Assembly: GCA_951406725.2 (NCBI GenBank)
Contig: OX597818.1
Coordinates: 63,674,001-63,738,000, forward strand
Source: Octopus vulgaris
Taxonomy: Eukaryota
Reading direction: 5' to 3'
DNA length: 64,000 nucleotides
How positions within the stretch are numbered: the stretch's first letter is position 1; every line of letters starts with the position of its first letter. Shown here piece by piece: positions 27,550 through 41,320 of the stretch. The notes under the pieces are model-generated. The model did no database searches. It was not told the DNA's origin and was given only the letters and a program-made list of their open reading frames with translations. The translations under genes were made by a program, and so were the position numbers.

Positions 27550-27863
27550 CTTAGAACCATCATGGCATCTGATGTGACTTTTGAAAGGAGACAATATATT
27601 GAAAAGACACCCACAGAGATTCCATTTCGAATTTGGACCACCAAGAAGTTCAGACAAGTACTGATCCGGGTGGATTTTAAAATGTCTTTGGAGGCTTCCA
27701 TTAGATTTGCAAACTTTCTCTGGCACACATTGCATTGAAAGGTGTGTACAGACACATAGGCAGAATAGTTGGTGGAGATTCGGTTTCCATGGGTTCGCAA
27801 ATGAGATTTGAGCACAGCAAAGGAAAGGCATGCTCTATAACAAACTGTGAACACAAAATCCAT
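27550..27863 (-). pseudogene. Decayed tandem C2H2-like zinc fingers (RTE-type LINE C-terminus or ZNF gene relic)
   Basis: FTVCYRACLSFAVLKSHLRTH; FQCNVCQR/KVCKSNGSLQRHFKIH; NLCGCLFNILSPFKSHIRCH, spread over two frames. Confidence 0.5.
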
Positions 27864-27986
27864 TGTGATTCACCTTCTCGATTGAAAAATTCTTCCTAAA
27901 AATATCTCCTGTGTCTTGCGTCCGTTATCCTGGCCTTTTCAAACGCTTTCACTTCACTCCATACTTTTATGTGCTTCTTTGTGTGT

Positions 27987-28027
<41 letters not shown>

Positions 28028-28516
28028 CGTGCACACACATACACACAAACACACAGACACACACTTATATTCGGCATCAAACGGGAATTTATTTGCTCGA
28101 TGGATTCAATAAGACGAGCCAGTTGATTCTTTTTTTCTTTTTATGCTTCAACGACATAATATAATTCACTCAGAAACTAACATCGTTGCGAAATGTCTGA
28201 GTTGCATTTCTTGCTAGTAAATCAGCGAAGACTTTATTCTATCCTATTTTCAAGTAAATGCTTTAAAATATATCGAATAAAGCAGTCTCGTTGTCTAGTC
28301 AAGAACGATGAGCAATGACAGATTTTTCTTTTGAGTGGATTGAAAAAAAGAACAACTACGAAATTATTTGTTACTTAACTTTAGCTGACATACTACAAGA
28401 TGTAATGGAATCCCCGACCAACACGCCAGTTCACCTTCAAAAGATATTTATGCTGGATTGCATATATGTGCATGTGTGTGCTTCTGGAAAACAATGAAGG
28501 CATTATATACATATAC

Positions 28517-28837
28517 GCGCAGGAGTGGCTGTGTGATAAATAGCTTTCTTACCAGCCACATGGTTACGGGTTCAGTCCCACTGTGCGGCACCTTGGGCAA
28601 GTGTTTTCTACTATAGCCTCGGTCAAATGAGAGATTTTGTGAGTGGATTTGGTACACGGAAATTGAAAGAAGCAGAGTAGAAAAGCTGTCAACAACTGAC
28701 ACGAGGGGTCGCTCTTTATGTTGTTTGTCTTGTCTTCCATTTGTGCCTTTCATTGCTCAAAAAACTAGTTCATATTGCAGGTACTCATTCATATTTTTGT
28801 TGTACACGTTTCGTGACGTCTTGCGCCCACATATGCA

Positions 28838-28920
<83 letters not shown>

Positions 28921-28995
28921 GTGTGCATGTGTGTGTGTGTATATGTTGTGTGTCTGTGCTTCTCCCCTCACCATGGCTTGACAACCGATGCTGCA
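28517..28995 (+). mobile_element. SINE family B, interrupted and 3'-truncated
   Basis: gcgcaggagtggctgtgtg...ggcaccttgggcaagtg head to ~28670; resumes gtgtctgtg...gcttgacaaccgatgctg at ~28950-28995. Confidence 0.7.
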
Positions 28996-29847
28996 TTTTG
29001 ATGTCCCTCACCGATACGGAATAAAAATAGCCGAAAGGAGAAAAAATGACATTAATAACTGTGAAGGAGTAAAGGTTAATGAAATTAATAATTTTATTGT
29101 CTAAGACGAGAATACATAATAGAACTGTAAATTAAAAAGAAAAAAAATCGCTGTTTGATGACGACCCAGAGCTTTCTTAAACTATCGTCAGAAGGGAAAA
29201 ATTTCTTCGGTTGGCAAACAAATATATACAAACCAATGAATGAGTTCAAAATAAATGTTAATTTGCAGAGATTTTAGCGGTTAAAATGTTTACGAGAAAA
29301 TGGCGAGATTATGATATGATAGAGATACGTAAATAATTTAAAATTTACAGGAATGAATGCTGTCTTCCTTGTGTAGAATTTCAAAGGTATTATCTGTTGA
29401 TGAATGATCTTTGTTGTAACGGAAATAATCGTATCTTATTTTGCGTTTGGGAGTTGAGAGTTGAATTTCATATCACTTGAAAATGATGAATTCATAAATT
29501 ACTGAAATATTTTATAAGACCGCTAGGTATTGAGTATTAATCCAACTGAAAGAAACAAATGATATAACAAATACCACACGATATTCACTTTTGACTGTAC
29601 AGTGGTTGATGTGTGAATCCCGCGGCACTATTAAGTTTTCTACTTCAGCCTGTTGGTAGGTTTTTCATTGCAGATTTAATATGCGGCAAATAGAAGAATA
29701 AATAATATTAGCTGATATATGTGTTGTCAAAATAAGTGGTGAAACTAGGCTAGGTCACAAAGGCAATGTAAAATGTACGCCTGAATATATAAGGCCAATG
29801 TTGAATGAATTACCGTAGAAGAAAACAATTATTTAGGTTATATATTT

Positions 29848-29968
29848 GAGAGATGGGGAATTATGTACATTATGTACATTATTTGCATTATTTACATATG
29901 GCGTAGTGGTTAAGAGTTCGATTACAGGCAGTGACCTGAATAGTAATAATAATAATAATAATAATAAT

Positions 29969-29999
<31 letters not shown>

Positions 30000-30172
30000 A
30001 ATAATAATAATAACAACAACAACAACAACATCGAAAATAACTTAGGAATTAGAACCGAAGTTCGAAATCACCACAAGACAGCTGATGAAGCCTGGAGGGT
30101 ATATCAGTCGAAACGCTGTGTCAACAAACACGACGAAGAGAAATATCTGTCAAATGTAAATAATGTAAATAA
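29848..30172 (+). mobile_element. PLE-derived solo unit: short inverted tail, tRNA-like head, (AAT)n(AAC)n linker and minimal HHR (30077-30122)
   Basis: ggcgtagtggttaagag...gttcgattacaggcagtgacctgaa, then gacag CTGATGA agcctg...cagtc GAAA cg ctgtgtc. The ends tacattatttacat / atgtaaataatgta are inverted. Confidence 0.7.
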
Positions 30173-30443
30173 CTACTTCGGTGTTTCGTAAAATTAGGAG
30201 AAATAGCTTAATCATATGCAGAGCGTTTACAAATAGATCGTTCTATTGACTAAACAAACTATATTTCATCAATAGCAGCAGAGTGGATATATTTATTCTG
30301 CTTTCAAATCCCTTCTTTTTGTGACAAATACAGAACTGCGGAAACGGAGATTATATATGAAGATAATGTGATCGCTAGTATATAGGCAGATTTAATTTAA
30401 GTTAATCCTAATACACGTTAAAAACAATGATTCATTATTGAAG

Positions 30444-30870
30444 ACTCCTTTACTCCCTTACTCCTTTACTTGTTTCAGTCATTTGACTGCGGCCATGCTG
30501 GAGTACCGCCTGTTTAGTTGAGCAACTCGACCCCGGGGCTTATTCTTTGTAAGCCCAGTATTTATTCTATCGGTCTATTTTGCCGAACCGCTAAGTGACG
30601 GGGAGGTTAAACACACCAGCATCGGTTGTCAAGCAATGCTAGGGGGACAAACACAGACATACAAGCACATACACACATACATATGTATATATATATATAT
30701 ACATATATATGACAGGCTTCTTTCAGTTTCCGTCTACCAAATCCACTCACAAGGCATTGGTCGGCCCGGGGAAATAGAAGACACTTGCCCAAGGTGCCAC
30801 GCAGTGGAACTGAACCCGGAACCATGTGGTTGGTTAGAAACCTACTTACCACACAGCCACTCCTGCGCCT
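30444..30870 (-). mobile_element. Full-length tRNA-derived SINE family B with internal (TA)n/(TG)n
   Basis: Head gcgcaggagtggctgtgtggtaag...ggttcagttcc, CORE-like gcaccttgggcaagtgtcttc, tail gtaaaggagtaa repeats. Confidence 0.9.
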
Positions 30871-32127
30871 ATTCATATTTATGATGGTAATTTTCAGAAA
30901 ATTTACAAAGCAACTTCATGAGCAGACATTTTCTAAGCAATGAAGAGAGATTTCTGCTATTATATTACAACCGGATTTCAGATTGCCTCTTCAAATTTGC
31001 TGTTAAACATATCGTAAATTTGGTAAGTGATTCTCTGTTGCAATTCCAGCAGTTGAGCAACAATTTATGTTGAATTTAAAATAGGAAGAAAACACAAATG
31101 ACTTTGTAAATATTACGTACTGCATGCTATTCAAAGAAGGGGTAATGAATTCTCTGTATTTGGAACCATTTCTCATTGTTTGAAGTGTCTGTAGTTGTTT
31201 ATGATGATGTAAATGGAATTCATTGGGATAACACTCCTAATGTTTAGTTGAAACTACAATTCGTAATAAAATGCGATGCTATTTTATACATTGGAGCACC
31301 TATTGGAGGAGTATAAATGCGAATTTTGCAAAAGATAACGCAAAACTATGATTTCACCGCATATATTACGGATATGGAATAATTTGATGATGATGCACTA
31401 GTTGTATAGATGATGCTTTAATGATGAAAGACAGCTAATTCAATGATGCCTATGAATCAATCATCTCGTGGTTAAAAATTTACTGACTGTCTGATATATA
31501 CACTAACAAGTTCTATGTGATGAAGGACATACAGACGAGAAGAGATAGAGAATACTTTTAAGCCACGAGTATAGTGAAGATATTTGAAGTACAACAGATT
31601 CAGGAATAGCATAAGGCCGCACAATGGTTCATTCAAAATGGATAGTGCACTGACCTAATTTGTTGCAGGGGAAAACAAGCAAACTGGGAATTATTCTGAA
31701 GTATATAATTCCCTCTAGGTGATTTATACGTGAGCTAATGCTAAGCTTTTTTCTTCTTAAAATATGCACGCATAACATCATATCTAAATTTAAGAAAAAA
31801 GCAACTAAAAATGATATTACACGTATCGCCCGAGGTGTATGAAGCCACTGCATTTCTGTAGAAATACCTGTTGACTATAGAAGAAGAGAAACTTTGCTGA
31901 TAACAAAATATATACTAACAATAAGGGACACAATACTTTCTACATTCAAAATTAGGTAATTACTCACTACACGCACATATATTTTGCTAGTATGAAATCT
32001 CAAAATCAGCCATTTGTTAGACATGAAGTATAAAAGAGATGAATAAAGCCTGTAATAAAAACAGTGAATTATATTGTAGCTATGGTTCACACACAAACAC
32101 ATACTCACACACTTAGATACATACATA

Positions 32128-32226
<99 letters not shown>

Positions 32227-32229
32227 TTA

Positions 32230-32260
<31 letters not shown>

Positions 32261-32333
32261 GTCAGTCTATCTATCTATCTGTCAGTATATCTATCTATCT
32301 GCCTGTCTATCTATCTGTCTGTCTGTATGTATG

Positions 32334-32392
<59 letters not shown>

Positions 32393-32506
32393 GTCTAACT
32401 CTGTGTCTGTTTGTCTGTCTGTCTCTCTCTCTCTCTATCTATCCATCTATCTACCTATCTATCTATCTATCTATATATCTATCTATCTATCTATCTATCT
32501 ATCTAC

Positions 32507-32553
<47 letters not shown>

Positions 32554-32565
32554 GCTATCTATCTA
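32128..32565. repeat. (TATC)n/(TGTC)n compound tetranucleotide microsatellite
   Basis: Directly visible. Confidence 0.95.
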
Positions 32566-32871
32566 TGAACCCGGAAAATCTAAAACAGAGAGTTACCTAC
32601 TTGCAAACAAATTACCGTGGTCTTTTCCGTACTCTTTTCTTCCCACGGATAAGCCTGAACTACTTTCCTCTTGACCATTTACACAATTACACTATAATAT
32701 ATGATCCCTATTGATCTTTTTCCCCCTTATTACCTATTGTTTCTTCTTTCCCTTTTACGATCCCTTTAGATCGAAATCCTAACCCAACCTTTTTTTCTCT
32801 CCCCCTAAAAGAAAAGCTCTACTTTGTAATCTGTCCCGTCTGTGTGCAGCCATGTGTGGCTAATAAAGAAA
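32566..32871 (+). mobile_element. Probable LINE 3' UTR fragment ending aataaagaaa
   Basis: Pyrimidine-rich segment between TATC tracts; its terminal ~45 bp resemble the 3' tail of SINE family A. Confidence 0.45.
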
Positions 32872-32943
32872 GATATATCTATCTATCTGTCTGCCTATCT
32901 CTCTATGTATGTATGTATGTATATATGTATGTATGTATGTATG

Positions 32944-33056
<113 letters not shown>

Positions 33057-33420
33057 CAGAGATAACAGTCAAGACCTAACTCTAAAACCACATCAAGTTA
33101 TCATACAGCACCAGTAGAAAAGACAAATATACAAATAATCTAGCAAAAGAATTAGAGTTTTAGAGTCAAGTTTTGACTGCTATCTCTAGCATGGTGTTAT
33201 CTTTTAGATACTCTTAATTATAATTTTAATAATAATCATTGCCTATAAGGTTTCTATTTCCATGCTGGCCACTTGATATGATCGGTATTTTAAAATAATG
33301 ATCGTACCCTTATTTATATAACTTTACGCATATATATACTTGTAAATATATATATAGGGGGAGTTTACGAAAAAAACAAAAGACGAAGACAGATGGTGTA
33401 CAAAACAAACAGATGTATTA

Positions 33421-33488
<68 letters not shown>

Positions 33489-33508
33489 ACACATATACAT
33501 ATATATAC

Positions 33509-33548
<40 letters not shown>

Positions 33549-33571
33549 GTATATACACATATATATGTATA

Positions 33572-33607
<36 letters not shown>

Positions 33608-34304
33608 TGTATAAACACACGTTCACACACACATATATTAGGATACGGTGTGTTCTTTGTGACTTATTATGCGTGTTTATGTGTGTGGCTGTGTCTATAT
33701 ATATGTGTTTGTGTGTATTGGTAAAGCCTTTTTGGCTGTGATATTTCTTTCAGAGAACGTAAGATTCTAGGATATCTGTCCCTGTTCATCTCTGCAATGT
33801 TTCGTTTTGCCGGCTAAGCGACTTTCAAGGGAGTTTCCCATAACAGATAACCGCCGCTAAGAGGCGTGTATCAACATACGTACATAATGAATGTAACATC
33901 AATACCATTTGAATTTTATTCAAACGTCATTTACTCCTTGAAAGATACATGGATGACATTTCTACATATTTCAAAGCTGAATATATTTATAAACATTATT
34001 CATTTCTCCAAAGCGTTCCATAGATCCTGTTAATTTATGAAGGGATATTTACAATTAAGATAACATGGCAAAATTTCTCCAACTGCTAGTAGATATAAGT
34101 ATACCAACTACTATACTCGGTTATATGGTAGCTGAAATTATTGTCACGCTGTTTGTATGACAAATGTCACACCATCTCTGAAAAATAGAAAAGGGCAAAC
34201 CTATTCAAATGTAAAGCTGCAAAGGTGCCGAGCTTAATTGCACCAATTTTGTTGAATGTTCTTTCGTCATACGTTTTTTTTTGTTACCATATATATATAT
34301 ATAC

Positions 34305-34580
34305 AGTGAAAACGAAGTCAAGGTAGAAAATGCTAAAATAATTTTATAAAAAACATTGCAGTACCGGTTTCAGTCATTGTGAATTTTCCAACTTGGTATG
34401 GAAAAAAATTAAATTTTGGGAAAATTAAAAGACAAATTTTTAAAAAGTGTTTTTACATGCTATTCAAATACAAGGGGAAGCTTCCTTGTTTTTGCCTCTC
34501 TCTCTTTCTCCCTCTCTCTCCCTAATCTTGTCGGTTCGACGTCGTGAAATTATTTTAGCATTTTCTACCTTGACTTTTTG
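34305..34580. repeat. Short element with 30-bp inverted ends and a heavily decayed HHR-like half motif
   Basis: 34315-34344 is the reverse complement of 34547-34576; minus-strand GAAA ccgg TA ctg at ~34358-34371. Confidence 0.6.
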
Positions 34581-34735
34581 TCATATATATAAAGTCGTGT
34601 TTTCTTTTTCAACCTTCTACACACACACACACACATATACATTATATACATACATACATATGTATATATTATATATATATATATACATATATATACATAT
34701 ATATATTATATATATACTTATATATATATAAATAT

Positions 34736-34772
<37 letters not shown>

Positions 34773-34891
34773 CATACATAATACATACATATATATACAT
34801 ACAAGCTAAATAAAATGATATACCAAGGCCAAAGGCCAATGCAGTGTGAAACACACAAACACACACACATATATATATATGCTCATGTGTT

Positions 34892-34936
<45 letters not shown>

Positions 34937-35369
34937 CTTCATGTTGCATGTATAAATTCTCCGTTCGTGTCGTAGAGTGTTATACGCTCAGCAATAACTT
35001 TAAATCAATTTCTAAGTATTTAGTTTTTCCTGCTGCGAATCGCCAGCAGCTGGATCTAAGGCAACGCAGTTTCACCACAAAAGAGTAAACAAGCAATGGT
35101 AATTATTGGTGGTAAGTGTGTTACTGACGTCAGTACAATGTAATTAAATCGGCTGTCATTAACTTCGGTGCTCTTATATTATTCCCTTGCTTCAGACACC
35201 GAAGAGGCGCTACCTTCATTCACAAAACACGTGCAATTGAAATACAAGCGAAATCCTCCCTTTGTTCATTTAATAAAAATAATTGTTGCATACACACATA
35301 TGTATATATGTATGTATGTTAGTATGAATGCGTATGTGTATGTGTCAGGTATATGTGTGTATGGATATG

Positions 35370-35451
<82 letters not shown>

Positions 35452-36644
35452 TATTCATATATACAAATACACCTATACAAACGCGCATATATATATGTAT
35501 ATATACATGTATATACATACTATATATACGCATATGCATATATGTACTTGTATTTCAATTTCGATATTTGTTCCTTTCATATTTGATAATAGGAAACCGG
35601 AGAGGATTTCGAAATTCGATATTTTATCTGTGATAATGGGATCTGGAAATATTATACTGTCAGAAAATGTTTCAATCCTAAATAAATTGCCTGCCAACTA
35701 TTTCACACAACAATGAAATTGTGTTCCAGCTTTTACGTTGTTTTCACCTGATGCTCTCCAGCAGGAAGTAATATTAATAGTTAATAGAATTTTAATATTT
35801 AAAGACGCGTACGCACTCGGCAACCTCTCAATAATTAGAGAATTGATTTCTTCCATGGTGAGCAATGGTAGATAATTTCAAATTCAGATGTTATTTATCC
35901 TTTTGTAAAATCTGCGCAAATATTTTATTCCATGTCAAAATCTGGTTATTTTGACAAAAGATGCCTTTCATTTTTAAATTAATATGCCAATCTGTTAAAC
36001 AGGATGGATTTTGTATTTTGTATTGTCTCGTACAATGTAGGGGTGATGGCCTAGGAAAGAACTGAATTCGAGTTGAAGAGATTTGATGTGAATGTATGAT
36101 TTTGCATCTGCATACCACCGCTTTGATTTCAATTATTCCACCTTCTATCTTCAATTTGTTTCAATCATTAGACTGTGGCCATGCTGGAACACGTCCTTCA
36201 AATGATTTTAGTCAGACGAAACGCCAGCTATAGATACATTTCAAAGCCTGATATTATTCAACGGGTCTGTTTGCCGAACCATTCAGTAACAAGGACGCAA
36301 ATACACTAACACTGTTTATCAAGAGTCGGTAGGCGAAAAACATAGACACACAAACACTCACACACACACACACACGCACATTCACATACACACACACCAT
36401 ATATATATATACTTGCTATTTTGGACAAATGGGTATATGACGATTAGTGTTTTAAAGTGTTGAGTAGAGCACTGGCAAAGTTTGGGCTACCTGGTGTCAT
36501 CCGCATATATTTCCGTTGGATCTACTTCAGGAATTCCGCAAGAAAACATTTTTGATATTATGACATATCGACTGGCCTTTTTTCGTTTTTCCATGTACCA
36601 AATTCACTTTTAATAGGTGAACGTAACGGCAGACGAAATGCCTA

Positions 36645-36871
36645 TTTCTTTACTACCCACAAGGGGATAAACATAGAGTGGACAAACAAGGACAGACATA
36701 GGTATTAAATCGAATATATCGACCCCAGTGCGTAACTGGTACTTTATTTATCGACCCTGAAAGGATGAAAGGCAAAGTCGACCTCGGCGGAATTTGAACT
36801 CAGAACGTAACGGCAGACGAAATACTGCTAAGCATTTCGCCCGGCGTGCTAACGTTTCTGCCAACTCGCCG
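36645..36871 (-). mobile_element. tRNA-derived SINE family A
   Basis: Minus strand gcggcgagttggcagaaacgttagcacgccgggcg...gagttcaaattccgccgaggtcgactttgcctttcatcctttcagggtcgataaataaagtaccag. Confidence 0.85.
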
Positions 36872-37905
36872 CATTATTTGTGCTTATATTTTCTATTCTA
36901 ATTACTTTCCCTTTGCGTCCATGATAACTAAAATGCAATCATCTCCCAATCTCCTTTATAATCCCTTACTCTCCTCCTCTTTCCACATGCGCTCTCTTCC
37001 TCACAATACATGTTTGCTTATCTCCATTCTTCTCTCTCTTTGCTCAATTTATCTATTCATTCCCTCATTTCATCTTCTCGTTTATATATTTCCCTTCGGC
37101 CTCTTTTTTTGCTTCCCCAGCCTAATTTTTATTTCCTCAATTTCTTTCATTTTTTTCACTCATTCTCTTTTTCTCTCTTTTCTCGGTCCCTTTCTACCAT
37201 TTTCTAGCTATGTCTTTCCCTCTATTTCCCTCACAAAATACACAGCTCATTCTCCACCCGTTCTTCATGTTTGCCTGATGAGTTTCGGAGTAATAAAAAC
37301 GATGTCTTGTGTAATCTAATTGTATTTTGCTTACTTCAAAAATAAGGAAAAAATATACCCTTAATGAAACAATTGCAACCACTTGAAAACAGATTCTTCT
37401 GTTTGTTATGCTTTTCTGCCACTCTTAAGCTTCCATTTATCATCGGATACTTCGCAATATAACTGACATCCCAGATTACCTAACAACAGTGACGATATTT
37501 CATCAAATGTCTTCCGTGCAAGGATAATTGATTATTTCACTGTCTTCTCTGCGTGATGCCGTCTAGCCAATTAGAGATGTGCTTTAGGTTGATGTTCCCT
37601 AACTCCCTATAAAACCATTGTAAACAAAATAACAAACAATCATATAAGCACGCACACACACACACACACATTGTGACTGTGTGAGTGTGCGTTTAGGCTT
37701 GTAAACGGGAGCTACTGTAGTATTGATGTCCCTTGGTATAGCTTTTAGGTAAACACTTATTTAAAAAAAAAACATATGTAACAAATTCAAAATCGATTAT
37801 TTAAGTGTGTGTGCTTGATTAAACACTGGAAAACGGTGAAACAGCAAAACCGCATTATGAATAAAACAACCTTCGTCTGCCCTATCGGTCCATTTCTGTC
37901 TCTTC

Positions 37906-37957
<52 letters not shown>

Positions 37958-37963
37958 CACTCT

Positions 37964-38011
<48 letters not shown>

Positions 38012-38116
38012 TGTGACCAACCAGGCTATCAGATGTTGCTACACATCGCTGGTCACAATGCGCTTCGCATTGTTTTAGCCATCAAATGACGACACCCCGC
38101 TGGCTAAGCGAGCAGG

Positions 38117-38150
<34 letters not shown>

Positions 38151-39595
38151 TTTTTATCTTCGCGTATGCATTATGTATATACACACATACACACACTCAC
38201 ATACACAAACACACATAAAAATCCACGCACACACACGCAGACACACACACACATATATATACATATATATATGCAGACGCACATTGATGTGCATACAGTA
38301 CACCTACATATATTCTCTTTGCATATTTGTTGGGAATTAATGATTGCTATTTCCAAAACACTATTTTCAGATACCCGGAGAGAAAAAGGGAAAGACAGAA
38401 AGTTGGAGTTTATCAAATAACAGAAGTGTAGTGACATCACGAATTATACATTATTTCGTTTATGTAACACCAGAATATAACAGTCATTTTGTGTTTCAGT
38501 TACTTTTACAATTTTAGAATCCCCCTTTCAGCTGAATCTCTTTATTCTATCTCTCGCCCCTTATAATCACGAGTCTTAACTTTTCTTTGCGTATCATGAA
38601 AATTGATCGAGAACAATTGTACGAAAACAATTATTCGAAAAAAAAAAGCATTATTCGAAATAAATATAATTTGTGTATTTGACTTTTAATTTTATCAGTT
38701 TTGTTTAAATGACATTAAACAGAAATTGAATAATTAACATTTCTTATCATTGTTTATGTGGATAATTTTCATTCATACAAGTTTCCAGTCGAAGCAAATA
38801 ATAGGTAGGAAATATCCTGTTACCTTTTCTAAATAAAAATATTGTGCTTCTTCGGCAAAACACTGATTTGTACTTCGGATATTCTTTATTGAGTGGAAAT
38901 AAATCGCCTCCATCTTGGTTTTCCTTTCTATACCTAATAGGACATATTTAGCAATATTTTGGAAATTTATAAGGATATCATATATTTTTTTTCTTTCACG
39001 TGTTACAGTCATCTCCACCGTGGTCATGCTGGTGTACCGCTTTCTCGTCAAAGAAATCGACCTCTGAATGGATTAATGGTTGAGAAGCAAGCTCATCATC
39101 ACACAGCCACACCTGTGTCTACATTAGTCTTTTGTATCTTGACTTTTTTTGTTTCAGTTATTAGACTGCGGTCATGATGGGTTTTCTATCAGTTTCTGCA
39201 GTATCAAATCCACTTAGACGGATTTGGCAATCCATGGGCTATAGCAAACGCCACTTTCCTAAGTTACCACGCAATAGGACAGATCCCGGTACTGTCTGGT
39301 AACGGATATCGATAGTATATACAGATATCCTATCCCTTAGTTGTTACTATAGCCACTAACTGTGTTTACATATATATATATATATAATGATAAATCTCAG
39401 AGCGAGTTATAAACAGTAGCGGTAACACATTGTGATGCACATATGCCATTTGAATATGGCTAACCCATAAGGGTGGATGCTACTGTAGTTTGTTGCCCCA
39501 GGAAGATATCTCCTCCAGCTGGTCATAGACACACTATCTGTGTCCTGTCAGTATTTGTGAAGGGGAGTCATCCTCCCCGTCTTCAACACATGATA

Positions 39596-39640
39596 CACAC
39601 GTACCCGAGTTTCAAGGTGTTTACCTTTCATCAGCGTGTG
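39596..39640 (-). ncRNA. Type I hammerhead ribozyme (left arm)
   Basis: Reverse complement of 39823-39867. Confidence 0.88.
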
Positions 39641-39822
39641 ACAATCATGGTTGTCGATGAGAAGTCAGATCCCTTCACAAATACATATACTTTTTCCAGT
39701 GTCGATTTGACACTGATATTGAAAAAGTGAAATCAAACATTCAATATCAGTGTCAATTCGATACTGGAAAAAGTATATGTATTTGTGAAGGGATTTGACT
39801 TCTCATCGACAACCATGATTGT

Positions 39823-39867
39823 CACACGCTGATGAAAGGTAAACACCTTGAAACTCGGGTACGTGTG
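39823..39867 (+). ncRNA. Type I hammerhead ribozyme (right arm)
   Basis: cacacg CTGATGA aaggt-aaac-acctt GAAA ctcggg TA cgtgtg. Canonical core, perfect stems I and II, GUA triplet. Confidence 0.9.
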
Positions 39868-40032
39868 TATCATGTGTTGAAGACGGGGAGGATGACTCCC
39901 CTTCACAAATACTGACAGGACACAGATAGTGTGTCTATGACCAGCTGGAGGAGATATCTTCCTGGGGCTACAAACTACAGTAGCATCCACCCTTATGGGT
40001 TAGCCATATTCAAATGGCATATGTGCATCACG

Positions 40033-40080
<48 letters not shown>

Positions 40081-40109
40081 ATATATATATGTACATATGT
40101 ATATATGTA

Positions 40110-40243
<134 letters not shown>

Positions 40244-40262
40244 AACAATTGCAGCGTGGGAG

Positions 40263-40318
<56 letters not shown>

Positions 40319-40327
40319 GTAAATATG

Positions 40328-40397
<70 letters not shown>

Positions 40398-40556
40398 AAT
40401 TAAGAATATCAGGGTAATAAAGATTTTTGAAATTTTTACTATCGCTGGCCTAGCGTGTAGAAAAATTAGACAATAGACTATATATTATTCATATAAATAC
40501 ATATTTCTTTATTACCCACAAGGGGCTAAACACAGAGGGGACAAACAAAATATAAA

Positions 40557-40816
40557 TACAGTGTACATTTAAACACATAAGAGGTATCGTTCATAAGATT
40601 CCTTTCACGCTAGAAAGGGCAGCTAAAGTCCACATTATTCTTACGGATAAAAACTCGAATGGAATGAAAACTAAAAACATTTACCATCAATTTCCTGGAC
40701 CACGGTTTCTGACTTTTTTTGCAAATAAAATAATTTGCTTGGCGAATTATTTAATTTGCTAAGAAAGTCAGGAATCCTATGAAGGATACCTCTGATGAGT
40801 TTAAATGTATACTGTG
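40557..40816. mobile_element. MITE-like/fold-back element with ~47-bp imperfect terminal inverted repeats and an internal hairpin
   Basis: tacagtgtacatttaaacacataagaggtatc... / ...gatacctctgatgagtttaaatgtatactgtg; internal hairpin ~40708-40771. Confidence 0.55.
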
Positions 40817-41253
40817 TATATATGTGTGTGTGGGGGGGGGGGGGGCGTGTGTGTGTATGTCTACATATTTATTTACATGTCACAATACAAGAGTTAAAGC
40901 GCTATTAATTGTTTCATAAACTTCATGCGCAAACACCAAATCGTAAATATTCCTAAACAATTGTCTTCGGGGTCGCCTTTTCTCCTCCCGTAGAAACGAA
41001 TGTCACGCATAATGTTGGTAAAATTCAAAACATTCAGTAGTTTATTGTTTCGATAATACAATTACAAGGTAAGTGTCTTAAACTATGTGTGGTTTAAGAT
41101 TCGCAAAGAAATTTTACCGAATACATATATCTGTACATATATCCGTAACATATACACACGACAGGAATGGTTCTTTCTATATATTTCTGTGACGCTATCT
41201 GCCGAAAAATATACCAATCTTTCTACATATACACATGTATTTCTACATATACA

Positions 41254-41320
<67 letters not shown>

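Larger units (their letters stand above)
39432..40031. repeat. 600-bp near-perfect palindrome (292-bp arms, 16-bp spacer)
   Basis: 39432-39723 is the reverse complement of 39740-40031, with about 4 mismatches by eye; the right end abuts (TA)n. Confidence 0.97.

Noticed and set aside
33770-33835. HHR-like motif on the minus strand (ttgaaag...gaaacattgc)
   Set aside because: Core and stems are too degenerate to support.
39473-39990. Two near-identical 85-aa ORFs on opposite strands
   Set aside because: A by-product of the palindrome; GTG start, no recognisable protein, overlaps structured RNA.
40780-40816. CTGATGA as another hammerhead
   Set aside because: No downstream stem II-GAAA-UH; the motif is part of an inverted repeat arm.
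40993-41068. Exon-like segment (cccgtag...caag|gtaagt)
   Set aside because: Stops in all three frames; a non-coding exon cannot be supported without RNA data.
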